In this document: in pieces, positions 29,006 through 38,132 of the stretch
How the letters are laid out: every line of letters begins with the position of its first letter
How positions within the stretch are numbered: position 1 is the stretch's first letter
Source: Prosthecobacter sp.
GTDB taxonomy: Bacteria; Verrucomicrobiota; Verrucomicrobiia; Verrucomicrobiales; Verrucomicrobiaceae
Direction of reading: 5' to 3'
Assembly (NCBI GenBank): GCA_040081325.1
Contig: JBEBGU010000001.1
Coordinates: forward strand, 1-48,086
Length of the DNA stretch: 48,086 nt
Position numbers and translations under genes: made by a program
The notes under the pieces: model-generated
What the model saw: only the letters and a program-made list of their open reading frames with translations
What the model was told of the DNA's origin: nothing
The model's database searches: none

Positions 29006-29797
29006 TCACGGACTCACCGTGACCTTCACCACATCGGTCCAGTCACCGTTGGGCGTGCCTTTGTCCCAGAACCTCATGCGGTATTCGCGGACTTCGGGGG
29101 TGCCTGCGACGAGCAGCGGGCGCTCGTCGATGTAGGGGCTTTCGGTGTCGATGGCGAGGAACTCCCAGGCTCCGGTGCCGCGTCGGCTCTCGATATACAC
29201 ACCCATGTGGCTGTATTTGTAGAAGGTGTGCTTCACACACTGGCAGCCCGTGCCTTGCAGCATCTCAGTGATGAACTTCGGCACGGCTTTATCGGTGGCT
29301 TCTGAGCCGAGGATGCCGAGGTCGGTCGCGATGGCGTCCGTCATGGCGGAGGAGAGCTTCATCTTGGCGATGAGCGCAAAGATGCGGGTGAGCGTGCCGG
29401 GCAGTGCAGCAGACACACCTGCGGGCAAGGCGGGCGCGGTGAAGGTGGGCAGCACCATCGCCACGGTGCCTGCACCGGTGAGCACGTCATCCACGGCATC
29501 CGTTGTCGATGGCGAGAAGTTGCGCACGGCACTGAGCCAGGTGCCGAGCACGTAGTTGCCGTATTTGGCGTCGTTCACGCTGGCGGTGATGTCAGCTGCA
29601 ATGACGCTGAGTGTGGGGCCGTGAAGCGGGAGTTTCACGGAGTAGTTGTCGAGCCAGTTCACTTGGTCGCCGATACGGCTTGGGTAGTAGTTGGTGCGTT
29701 TCACTTTGTTTGTTAGTTTGGGTTTGGACTGAAAGTATTCGGACGGTGTTGGCTGGTCATAGAAGCCGCTGTCCCAGGTGGATTGGTCCCAGTTCAT
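29006..29797 (-). CDS. Hypothetical protein: WD-repeat N-terminal tag, helical core, FN3-like C-terminal domain
   Basis: 263 aa; MNWDQSTWDSGFYD leader; C-terminus GVYIESRRGTGAWEFLAIDTESPYID...REYRMRF...GDWTDVVKVTV has an FN3-like strand pattern (inferred). Confidence 0.8.
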   Translation of the reverse strand: MNWDQSTWDSGFYDQPTPSEYFQSKPKLTNKVKRTNYYPSRIGDQVNWLDNYSVKLPLHGPTLSVIAADITASVNDAKYGNYVLGTWLSAVRNFSPSTTDAVDDVLTGAGTVAMVLPTFTAPALPAGVSAALPGTLTRIFALIAKMKLSSAMTDAIATDLGILGSEATDKAVPKFITEMLQGTGCQCVKHTFYKYSHMGVYIESRRGTGAWEFLAIDTESPYIDERPLLVAGTPEVREYRMRFWDKGTPNGDWTDVVKVTVSP

Positions 29798-29831
29798 GGC
29801 TTCTCGATTTGAAGTTGAGTGATGCTCATTT

Positions 29832-30098
29832 CGGGGTGCCCACTCGCGGCGGCGGGGTGTTCACTGGCACAGCCGGGGTGCGCCATGCTCACGGCGGGGT
29901 CTTCACTGAATGCGCCGGGGTGTTCCCTCCGGGAAATGGGGAGCCGCCCCGAACGGCGCTTGGACGACCCCGCGCCGGTGATGGAGCACCCCGAAGGGCG
30001 GACCTGCGTCCATGAGCGGACCGTGGAGCACCCCGCGCCGCTGATGGGCCACCCCGAGCGGCGGAGTAGCCACCTCGAGGCGCTCATGGAGCACCCCG
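29832..30098. repeat. 21-bp-phased, mirror-symmetric box array
   Basis: CGGGGTG-like at 29832, 29853, 29874, 29895, 29916, 29937; reverse-complement CACCCCG-like at 29945, 29966, 29987, (30008 degenerate), 30029, 30050, 30071, 30092. Confidence 0.92.
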
Positions 30099-30266
30099 GA
30101 CGAAATGGGGCGGCCATTTTCCGTGGGAAAAGCGCCATTCCGGGCCGGAAAGCGGTCCTTGGAGGCAAAATGGGGCGATTTGGACGGGAGAACGGGTTCA
30201 TCGCGGGCGTCGGGTGGAATGACGAAGATAAGAGCACAGACCCCGCAAGGAGCGTTAGTCCGACAT

Positions 30267-30551
30267 TCAGGACGGCCCTTGGTCATCCTCAATGCCGCTG
30301 AAGAACCCCTCCAGCGTGGCACCCACGCCCCAAGCCAACCGCGCCAGCACATGCACGCCGGGGATGGTTTCTCCTGCCTCCACGCGGCTGATCGTATCCC
30401 GCGAAACACCGCACTTCATCCACAACGCATACATGCTGAGGCCACAAGCTTCACGAAGCTCTTGGAGCCGACGCGGCAACCTATCGCGGATGCGCTCGGC
30501 GTAGTCGTGGGCTTGGTGGCTGTGATGCACTGTCGGCATTTGCCCACTCAT
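30267..30551 (-). CDS. XRE/Cro-C1 family HTH regulator
   Basis: RLQELREACGLSMYALWMKCGVSRDTISRVEAGETIPGVHVLARLAWGVG; ATG overlaps the upstream stop. Confidence 0.9.
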   Translation of the reverse strand: MSGQMPTVHHSHQAHDYAERIRDRLPRRLQELREACGLSMYALWMKCGVSRDTISRVEAGETIPGVHVLARLAWGVGATLEGFFSGIEDDQGPS

Positions 30552-31405
30552 TTAACAGGAGAAATGAAATCCTCCGCCTCTCTCAAACCTGAAATATTGC
30601 GACCTTCGAGATGAGCCTGCATGGCATAAACGGCACGCCGGAAGATGAAGCTTTGATTGGCTCCACCACGCGGCATACTTTTCACGGTCGTTTCGCCGAG
30701 CAAAAAGCGCCGCAGGCGCAGGGCTGGATGATCTTCGGTGAGCTGTGCGCCAGTCCTGACTTGGTCGAGAAATTCGAGGCATCTTGCCGAGTCAATTTCG
30801 TGATAGAGAACGGCGGCGGAAAGAAAGGATGCCTGGCTGATACCACGGACATTTTTGTTTGCTCCTCTCAATGCCAAAATGACGGCACGGATGTGCTCCA
30901 GGTGGCATTCAAGCGTCTGCTTGACCAAGAAATCCGAAGGCACTGCTCCGCTCTCACTGCGCACCACGCGCCGAGTGAGGCAACTGGCGATCTCGACTTC
31001 CTGCCGCTGGAAGGCATGACCCGCTAGATAGAGAGCATCAAAGAGAGTGCGGCGGCGCTGCCGATCCACTTTTTCTTGGCTTGCCCTGGGTAAGCCTGCC
31101 GTGATGAGCATAGGCACCGTCTGATTTGCACGAGCGATGGCGTGAAGTCGATGCTGGCCATCCACCAAATGCCCCTCGTCATCAAACCCGATTCCTTGGG
31201 GTGTGAGCCGCCACTCGCCTGCCTTGATCTCCGCCACATACTTTTGCACCACCTTCTCGGATATCTTTCGATTATGGATGTTCCGCTCGATGAGCCGCTG
31301 GGCAATGGCCGGGGTAAGCTGAACTGCTACAGTCCGCACTCCTGGAATGACCTCCAGGTCATGGAGCGCAATGGCGGGAAACTTTCCATTGAGGACGAAG
31401 CTCAT
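30548..31405 (-). CDS. ParB/Srx-like N-terminal domain protein (DGQHR motif)
   Basis: LTPAIAQRLIERNIHNRKIS...YVAEIKAGEWRLTPQGIGFDDEGHLVDGQHRLHAI...VDRQRRRTLFD. Confidence 0.8.
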   Translation of the reverse strand: MSFVLNGKFPAIALHDLEVIPGVRTVAVQLTPAIAQRLIERNIHNRKISEKVVQKYVAEIKAGEWRLTPQGIGFDDEGHLVDGQHRLHAIARANQTVPMLITAGLPRASQEKVDRQRRRTLFDALYLAGHAFQRQEVEIASCLTRRVVRSESGAVPSDFLVKQTLECHLEHIRAVILALRGANKNVRGISQASFLSAAVLYHEIDSARCLEFLDQVRTGAQLTEDHPALRLRRFLLGETTVKSMPRGGANQSFIFRRAVYAMQAHLEGRNISGLREAEDFISPVK

Positions 31406-31409
31406 GTGT

Positions 31410-31694
31410 TCAGCAGGTTTCGGGAATTATTTTTAGTTTGCGTGCACGGGGAATGGCTCCTTCAAACAAACCTTGGCTGTTGAAGAATCGCCAGACTGTG
31501 AGGTAACTGACTCTCAAGCCCAGATGATTCCATGCCCATCCATACGCTTCGCGGGCAGTGGACCACTTGTGCTCTGCCATTGCCAAAAGGAGTTGCTGCT
31601 TGGCATCCTGATTGAAGGTGTGGCGCTGCGGCGAAGGTGGAGTCAAGGCAGCTAGAAGCGATGAGACCTCCTGAGCGGGACGTTCAAAGTGCAT
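31410..31694 (-). CDS. Small winged-HTH protein (similar to IS630-type DNA-binding segments)
   Basis: WSTAREAYGWAWNHLGLRVSYLTVWRFFNSQG; starts 6 bp after the PEP-CTERM stop and ends 4 bp before the ParB-like gene. Confidence 0.6.
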   Translation of the reverse strand: MHFERPAQEVSSLLAALTPPSPQRHTFNQDAKQQLLLAMAEHKWSTAREAYGWAWNHLGLRVSYLTVWRFFNSQGLFEGAIPRARKLKIIPETC

Positions 31695-31700
31695 AAAGGT

Positions 31701-34700
31701 TTAGGCTTGGGTGGAAGAACGACGACGACGCAGCCCCAATCCGACGCAGCCAAAGCAGAGTAGCAATGCTCGGCTTGGCTCTGGGACGATAGACACGGTT
31801 CTGATGGTCCCATTGGTGGTGAACTGGCTTATATCCCAGCCGTAACCGGAGCCGCTGATGTCTGGAAGATCGAAACCAAGACTGTCGTCACCATTGCCCA
31901 GAAGAAAACCGCCGTAGGAGCCAGAGCTGTAACGGCTGTGAAAGGTGGTTGTGGAGAGGTTTGCCCAGTCGAGTAAATTGAAAATATCGACAGCAGAGGG
32001 GATGTATCCCGAGGCCGTAACAGCCAGGTTTCCGTTGAAGAGTAATGATCCATTGCTCAGACCATCAAAGTTCAGAAGATCACCGCTTCCTCCTGGATTG
32101 ATGCCAAGGATGGTGCTGCTGCCAGACTGAAAGTTGAAACTGCCAGAGCCTGAGGCGGGTGTGAAGGTTAGCGTTCCGTAGCTGCTCTGGGCGGTGGTGT
32201 CGCCCGCATGAACGGACGAGCCGCTCTCCGCCGTGAAGCTGGCACCCTTGACGACGCCTGTGCCCAAGATGGTGCTCCCAGTCTGCACCGTCACGGCCCC
32301 CGTGCCACTCGTGCCTGCGCCGCTGCTGCCGATTTGGAGCTTTCCGGCACTCACGGTCGTGGTGCCTGAGTAGGTGTTCGTGCCTGTGAAGATCTGTGCG
32401 CCAGTGCCAGTTTTGACCACATTTCCAGTGCCGGAAATAACGCCCGCAAAGGCAGCCGGGCTGCTGTTGTCTGCACCCAGCGTGAGTGTTGCACTGCCGA
32501 GGGTGACATTGCCACCGCTGTTGCCGCCGCCAGTGAGGGAGCCGATTTGGGTGTCGAAGTTATTCAGCGCAAGCGTGACCCCGGAAGTATTGGCCAGAGT
32601 GACGGCGGAGTTCTTGCCGAAGGCACCGCTGACGTTGGCCACTGAGGCTACCCCGGCCTGTAGAATACCGCCATTCACTGTGGTGGGGCCGGTGTAGGAG
32701 TTGGCTCCGCTCAGGATTTGTGTTCCAGTGCCGGTCTTGGCGATGCCCAGCTTGTTCGTTGCACCATCCAGCAAGAGGCCACCAAAAGAGGCGGTGGCGT
32801 TGTTGTCGCCCACAGTCAGTGTGGCATCCGCTGAGCCGCCGTTAAACACGGCGCTACGCACTTGGTTGGCAGTGGCTGTGGAGCCGCTGGAGAGGCCGTT
32901 GATGGTCTCATTGAAGCCGTTGAGATTCAGACCCGCGTTGATCTGCACATTGCCTCCGGCCACTGCGGTATCGATGAGCAGCGTGCCGATGCCGCCTGTG
33001 AGAATAACATTGCCTTTGCCCACACCATTGGGGAGGACTTCGCTCGCCCCCAGACGGACGATGGCGGTGGTGTCATCTTTCACTGCAGCGGCAACACCGT
33101 TGATACCGAGATCACCGCCCCAGTTGTTGGCGGTGTCAGTAAGGGTGAAGATACTCGCACTGGCCGCATTGGTCCGGCCACTCGTTATCTCCAGGTTGAA
33201 GTTTCCGGTGATCTGACTTGCGATGGTCGCACTGTTGCCGCCGGCCCGGCTAGCCCCGATGCGTGCGTTTTCAGCGAGCGTGAGGACAGAACTGCCGTTT
33301 CCAATAATGGTGCCATTGGCGAGGCGCAGCGCCCCGAAGGCGGTATTTTCAGAGGTGCCATTGCCAGCGATGGTGAAGTCGTTGGCCCAAGTTACGGCAC
33401 CATCGCCAAAGAAAACCTGAGCCCCCGCGTGGACCGCGACGGACCCTGTGCCAAAGGCCGCTCCGTTGTTGCTTGTGCTGACCCGTCCACGTCCCGTAAT
33501 CACGGTTCCACCGCTGTAGACGTTAGCCCCGAACAAACCCAACTCCCCCTGACCACTGACGAGCACGCTGACGGCACCCGTGCCATTGTCCACGATGTCT
33601 GAATTCACTCTTATCGAGCCACCTGTGCCATTTGTCTGATTGTTATTGCCAATGAAGTTGATTTGTCCTGCGGTGTCGTCCGCGCCACCAGCCGTAAGCT
33701 TGTCGTTCGCGACTGAGGTGGCCGAGCCAATCGTCAAGAGCGTGGCGGCCGTGGTATCTGAGCGAAAAATAGCACCGCTGGCACCGAGCCTCAGGGTCTT
33801 GTTTACACCGATTTCCAGAGTCCTTGCGATGGCATCTGAATACTTGATGGTGTTCACATCTGTGGTGCCTGCCGCTGCGAGGGTGACGGTGGCGGACACC
33901 CCGGTGAGGTTGACGTTGCTGGTCGCGCTGCTGGCGATGGTGGGTGTGGCACCCGTGACGGTGGTGTAACCAGTGTAGGCCACGAGAGTGCCACTACCGT
34001 TGTTAGCAGCCCAGTCTGTGCCTTGAGTGCCCGAGGCTCCGAAGGTGGCCCAGTTGCCAAGAATACCGCTGGCATTATTGGCGTTGGTAGCCTTGATCGT
34101 AACCCCAGCTGGATTCGTGAGGTTCAGTATGTTATTCGTGGTCGTCCTCGCAATGGTGCCGAGGTCAATGGTCAGCGCCGTGCCGGTATTGACGCCGGTG
34201 ACCTGCGCATTGACTCCGTCAGCGAGGGTCGTGCTGGCAAACGTCTGGGAGTTCGTTGTGGCCGCCTTACTTGTGACGGTTAATGTGGGATTCGTCCAAG
34301 CGCCGTTGCCTGCCTTGCCGTCACCAAACTGGAGATCGCTGCTAGTGCTAATGACGTTATTGAGGACACCACTTCTTTCAAAGGAGACATTGATACCACC
34401 CTGCCGGATGGTGGTATCGCCAGTGTAGGTATGAACGACCGCAGACGCACCAGGTGCCATCGTCATCGTTCCTGTTCCTGCTTTGATCAGGGAACCTGAT
34501 CCACTGAGGATTCCCTGAAAAGTTGTGTTTGCGTTATTGCCGCCGACGGTCAGTGCGATGGCAGCCGCAGCGTCATTTTCCAATTTGATGTCGTAGCCCG
34601 TGCCGTTGAAGGCTCCCAAAGCGTTACCAGCCGCACCTGCCGCCAGCGCTCCAAAGGTGAAGGCATTTCCTGCGACTGCACTGCTGAAAATGATCGTGCC

Positions 34701-36377
34701 CTGGGCCTGGGTGGTGACGGTGCTATTCTGCACGGCGAATGCGTTTTTTAGCAAGAGGATGCCTTCGGTCACTGTGGTGACACCTGTGTAAGCGTTGGCG
34801 TTTTCGATGGTGAGTGTGCCTGCGCCAAGCTTATTCAGGCCACGGGTCACGCCTGCACCTTGCAGGGTGCCGTAGGTGAAGTTGCCTCCATTGGTGTCGA
34901 TGCCCACCTGCGCAGTGGCTCCCATAGAGACGCCGCTCAGTGTGCCCGTGAAGAGAGAGTCAATGTCTGCTGAACTGAAGCTGTTCACACCGTTTACAGC
35001 CAGCCCAAGAGCAGCACCATTGGCTACCGTGATGGTATTGGAAGGCTTCGCCGACGTATTCAGCAGGGACAATGCGCCAGAGCTGACGGTAGTCGTGCCC
35101 AGATACGTGCTCGCACCAGACAGCGCGACGGCGCTACCAGCCTGCCCCGCAAACACCAGGGAATTTCCTGCTGTGCCGCTGATGCCACCATTGAGCTTGA
35201 GCACGGAGGCAGCGAGAGGATTGATGTTATTGGCAGCACCAGAGTTCAGCGTGATGCCTGCGGCGATGGTTGCATTGCCAGCAGACCGCGTGGTATCCGT
35301 CGCAAGTATACCGCCATTCATGCTGATGGGCTTTAGAATTGAGACGCCTGTGGCATCATTTTGACTGGCAACGGCAAACGTGCCGCCTGTATTGACGTTA
35401 ATGAAGCCCGCAACGCTATTGTCCACCGTTGTATTGTAGGCGACGGTAAAAGTGCCCGCATTCACGTTGATGTTTTTGACCCCCGTCACATTGGCAGCAG
35501 CACCCAGACCATCAATGCTGACGTAGTTGGCTCCGCTCTTGGTCAAATCAAATCCAGCGCCCGTGACGGTCAAAGCAACTCCACCAGTGGTCCTGAACCC
35601 AAACCGACCCGCACCACCGGACCCCGAACCCGCATCGCTGCCGATGGTGGCGTCTCCAGCGAGAGTGAGACTTCTCAAGGCGCCGTCCTGTCGCGCACCG
35701 CTATTAGTGACGGCGAAGCCTCCCACGCCCGCGCCAGAGATGGTGAGGTTGTAGTTCTCGGCATTGAGGGATTGGCCATTCACGTCGAGCGTGGCTCCGC
35801 TTTGCACTGTGATGGCGCTATTGGTGGCACCAAACGGATTCGTGGCACCGCCCGCCCGCAACGTGCCTGCGCTGACGATGGTCCCGGTGGTGTAGGTGTT
35901 GGTAGCAGAGAGCGTCAGCGTGCCAAGACCCGCCTTGGTGAGGCCCGCTGAACCAGCAATGACAGCACTGATGGTAGCGACTTTTCCCGCGCCGAGTGCA
36001 TTGACCGTGATGGTGGGTGTGGTGCCTGCAAGGGTGAGGATATTCGCCGCACTGCCGTTGTTGTCGAGCAGCCACCCGCCAGCAGTCGCGGTGTTAGTGT
36101 CACCAAAGGTGAGGTTGGTGAGTGTGCGGGCGCTGTCCAGACGGAGCTGAATGTCGGCAGACGGATCCAGCGTATTGAAGTCTGCGGTGAAGCCAGAGCC
36201 ATTGGCGATGGTGCCGCCCAGCCAGTTGGCTGAGTTGCTCCATAGACCGGGTGTGGTGGTGACATTCCACGTCCCATCAGCAGAGAAACCGAGTGAAGGG
36301 AAGACGATAGCTAAAACCAGGGATAGGGTAACTTGCGTCGGAGTGTGGCGGAATTGGAATTTAGGCATATTCCACAC
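31701..36377 (-). CDS. Large surface protein with autotransporter-associated beta-strand repeats and PEP-CTERM sorting signal
   Basis: 1558 aa, signal peptide, repeated LTKxGxGTLTLSxxNTYxGxTxVxxGxL, C-terminal VPEPSRALLLCFGCVGLGLRRRR. Confidence 0.93.
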   Translation of the reverse strand: MWNMPKFQFRHTPTQVTLSLVLAIVFPSLGFSADGTWNVTTTPGLWSNSANWLGGTIANGSGFTADFNTLDPSADIQLRLDSARTLTNLTFGDTNTATAGGWLLDNNGSAANILTLAGTTPTITVNALGAGKVATISAVIAGSAGLTKAGLGTLTLSATNTYTTGTIVSAGTLRAGGATNPFGATNSAITVQSGATLDVNGQSLNAENYNLTISGAGVGGFAVTNSGARQDGALRSLTLAGDATIGSDAGSGSGGAGRFGFRTTGGVALTVTGAGFDLTKSGANYVSIDGLGAAANVTGVKNINVNAGTFTVAYNTTVDNSVAGFINVNTGGTFAVASQNDATGVSILKPISMNGGILATDTTRSAGNATIAAGITLNSGAANNINPLAASVLKLNGGISGTAGNSLVFAGQAGSAVALSGASTYLGTTTVSSGALSLLNTSAKPSNTITVANGAALGLAVNGVNSFSSADIDSLFTGTLSGVSMGATAQVGIDTNGGNFTYGTLQGAGVTRGLNKLGAGTLTIENANAYTGVTTVTEGILLLKNAFAVQNSTVTTQAQGTIIFSSAVAGNAFTFGALAAGAAGNALGAFNGTGYDIKLENDAAAAIALTVGGNNANTTFQGILSGSGSLIKAGTGTMTMAPGASAVVHTYTGDTTIRQGGINVSFERSGVLNNVISTSSDLQFGDGKAGNGAWTNPTLTVTSKAATTNSQTFASTTLADGVNAQVTGVNTGTALTIDLGTIARTTTNNILNLTNPAGVTIKATNANNASGILGNWATFGASGTQGTDWAANNGSGTLVAYTGYTTVTGATPTIASSATSNVNLTGVSATVTLAAAGTTDVNTIKYSDAIARTLEIGVNKTLRLGASGAIFRSDTTAATLLTIGSATSVANDKLTAGGADDTAGQINFIGNNNQTNGTGGSIRVNSDIVDNGTGAVSVLVSGQGELGLFGANVYSGGTVITGRGRVSTSNNGAAFGTGSVAVHAGAQVFFGDGAVTWANDFTIAGNGTSENTAFGALRLANGTIIGNGSSVLTLAENARIGASRAGGNSATIASQITGNFNLEITSGRTNAASASIFTLTDTANNWGGDLGINGVAAAVKDDTTAIVRLGASEVLPNGVGKGNVILTGGIGTLLIDTAVAGGNVQINAGLNLNGFNETINGLSSGSTATANQVRSAVFNGGSADATLTVGDNNATASFGGLLLDGATNKLGIAKTGTGTQILSGANSYTGPTTVNGGILQAGVASVANVSGAFGKNSAVTLANTSGVTLALNNFDTQIGSLTGGGNSGGNVTLGSATLTLGADNSSPAAFAGVISGTGNVVKTGTGAQIFTGTNTYSGTTTVSAGKLQIGSSGAGTSGTGAVTVQTGSTILGTGVVKGASFTAESGSSVHAGDTTAQSSYGTLTFTPASGSGSFNFQSGSSTILGINPGGSGDLLNFDGLSNGSLLFNGNLAVTASGYIPSAVDIFNLLDWANLSTTTFHSRYSSGSYGGFLLGNGDDSLGFDLPDISGSGYGWDISQFTTNGTIRTVSIVPEPSRALLLCFGCVGLGLRRRRSSTQA

Positions 36378-36441
36378 ATGCGTTCAAGGGGCCGCGTTTT
36401 CTTGGATGATTCAGCCAAGTTTTTGCAAGAATCGGTAGAAG

Positions 36442-37236
36442 TCACAATGCTGTGCGTTTGGGGGTGGCGAACTGCGTCCTGAAGCTCAGGGGCGAGCTGC
36501 CTGTGATGGCCCGAAAGTGGCGAGTGAATGCACTCTGATCACAGAACCCGTGCTCTAGCGCTATCTCGCCGATGGCCTTGTTGGTATTGAGCAGGTCAGT
36601 CACGGCCCCCTCGACGCGGCAGTAAGAAATGAACTGCTGCGCAGGCATACGGAAGGCGACTTGAAAGGCTTCGTTGAGGCGGCGGGCACTCATCGCAGCG
36701 TGGCGGGCAACATCCCCTACCAACAATGGGCTGGCATGATTTTCGCGGACAAAGACGGCAGCTTTCTGCAATGAATCAGCGCACTGATGCAAACCGGGGC
36801 ATATTTTTTGCTTGGGTAGCGTCACGCCCATGACGCCGATGATCTTGCCATCTGCGCCGTGAAGGGGCAGCTTGTGAGTCACATACCAGACATACTGGCC
36901 GTGCTCGAAAAGTGGCTCTATGTAGTGGAGCAATGGCTGCCCTGTGGCCATGATGCGGGCATCGTCTTTCCTGAAACGGTGGGCCACCAGCGGGGGCTGG
37001 AAATCCATGTCGGTGCGGCCAATGATGTCCGCAATGCTCCGGACACCGAACACGGAGACCAGCGGTTCGCTAACATGCATGAAACGGCCTTGAGCGTCTT
37101 TGATGAAAAAGATAGCGCCGGGGATATGATCCCACAATGCACGCACACTCCCACCCCCTGTCATCAGATGGAAGAAATAGCGCTGAAATCGAAGGCTGGC
37201 CTGCCGGATCGACGCATCTGAAGAAGGGCGTTTCAT
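36442..37236 (-). CDS. AraC-family regulator with PAS domain
   Basis: FFIKDAQGRFM...IIGRTDMDF PAS; IGEIALEHGFCDQSAFTRHFRAITGSSP HTH. Confidence 0.92.
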   Translation of the reverse strand: MKRPSSDASIRQASLRFQRYFFHLMTGGGSVRALWDHIPGAIFFIKDAQGRFMHVSEPLVSVFGVRSIADIIGRTDMDFQPPLVAHRFRKDDARIMATGQPLLHYIEPLFEHGQYVWYVTHKLPLHGADGKIIGVMGVTLPKQKICPGLHQCADSLQKAAVFVRENHASPLLVGDVARHAAMSARRLNEAFQVAFRMPAQQFISYCRVEGAVTDLLNTNKAIGEIALEHGFCDQSAFTRHFRAITGSSPLSFRTQFATPKRTAL

Positions 37237-37278
37237 CTAGGATATGATGGATGCGCCACCAGTCGCTGCTTGGCTCTA

Positions 37279-38094
37279 TTAGCCGTTTTGTTGCATGATT
37301 CCGCCGGTGCGTCCGGCGTTACGCACCTGGGCTGGCGTCTGCCCCATCACCTTTTTGAAACAGTGGTTCATGGCACTCTGGTGAGTGAATCCATGATTCA
37401 CGGCTATCTCACCAAGAGGGAGTGTCGTTTGCACAAGGGAGCGAGCTGCTGCCATCACCCGCGTTTGCATGAGAAATGAGGCTAGCGTCATGCCGTAGAT
37501 TTTTCTGAACCGCTCGTTGAGCCGCCTGATGCTCACGTCTGCGATTGCCGCAAGGTCATGCACGCGGCATGGCAAGTGATGGTTCTGCCGAATGTGTTCC
37601 ACCACCTTGTCCAATATTGCGTCTGCGCCACCCGAGACAAACTCCGGGGCCAACACGGCAACGCTGAAGCCAATGACTCCGATGCAGCGCCCCGAGGCAT
37701 CTGCCACGGGCAGCTTGGTGGTGGAGCCCCACTCCAACTTTCCGGCTTGATCATTGAACAGCGACTCAACCCGATTCACGAGCGGGGTGCCCGATTCCAT
37801 GACCTGGAGATCGTCCGCACGAATGGCGGCAGCTATTTTGACAGGGTGTCTCCATTCATCGGTGCGCCCGATCAGCTCTTCGTCATTCTGTAACGTGTGT
37901 CGTTGAAGAGCCGTTCGATTCAGTGCAACAAATCGGCTTTGCCGGTCTTTTAAAAAGACCCGGCATTCCGGCAAATAATCAAACAGGCTGAAGAGGACTT
38001 GCTCACTTCCGAGTTGTTCGAAAAAGTCCTTCTGCCAGCACTGGATTTCGCTGGCTGAATGTTTGGATAGGTTTTGCGCGCGCCGCCTAAACAT
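37279..38094 (-). CDS. AraC-family regulator with PAS domain
   Basis: VFLKDRQSRFV...LIGRTDEW PAS; LGEIAVNHGFTHQSAMNHCFKKVMGQTP HTH. Confidence 0.92.
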   Translation of the reverse strand: MFRRRAQNLSKHSASEIQCWQKDFFEQLGSEQVLFSLFDYLPECRVFLKDRQSRFVALNRTALQRHTLQNDEELIGRTDEWRHPVKIAAAIRADDLQVMESGTPLVNRVESLFNDQAGKLEWGSTTKLPVADASGRCIGVIGFSVAVLAPEFVSGGADAILDKVVEHIRQNHHLPCRVHDLAAIADVSIRRLNERFRKIYGMTLASFLMQTRVMAAARSLVQTTLPLGEIAVNHGFTHQSAMNHCFKKVMGQTPAQVRNAGRTGGIMQQNG

Positions 38095-38132
38095 TGAAAA
38101 TGCGATTTTGAACGGTGAACGAGATGCCAGCT

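Noticed and set aside
29832-30098. CRISPR or TIGR-type array
   Set aside because: The conserved box is only 7-12 bp with a 21-bp period and flips orientation midway; no Cas or Nop-domain gene is recognisable.
31410-31694. Intact IS630 element
   Set aside because: Only an HTH-like segment; no DDE domain or terminal inverted repeats seen.
28497-31694. Prophage or integrative element
   Set aside because: No integrase, terminase, capsid, relaxase or att repeats identified.
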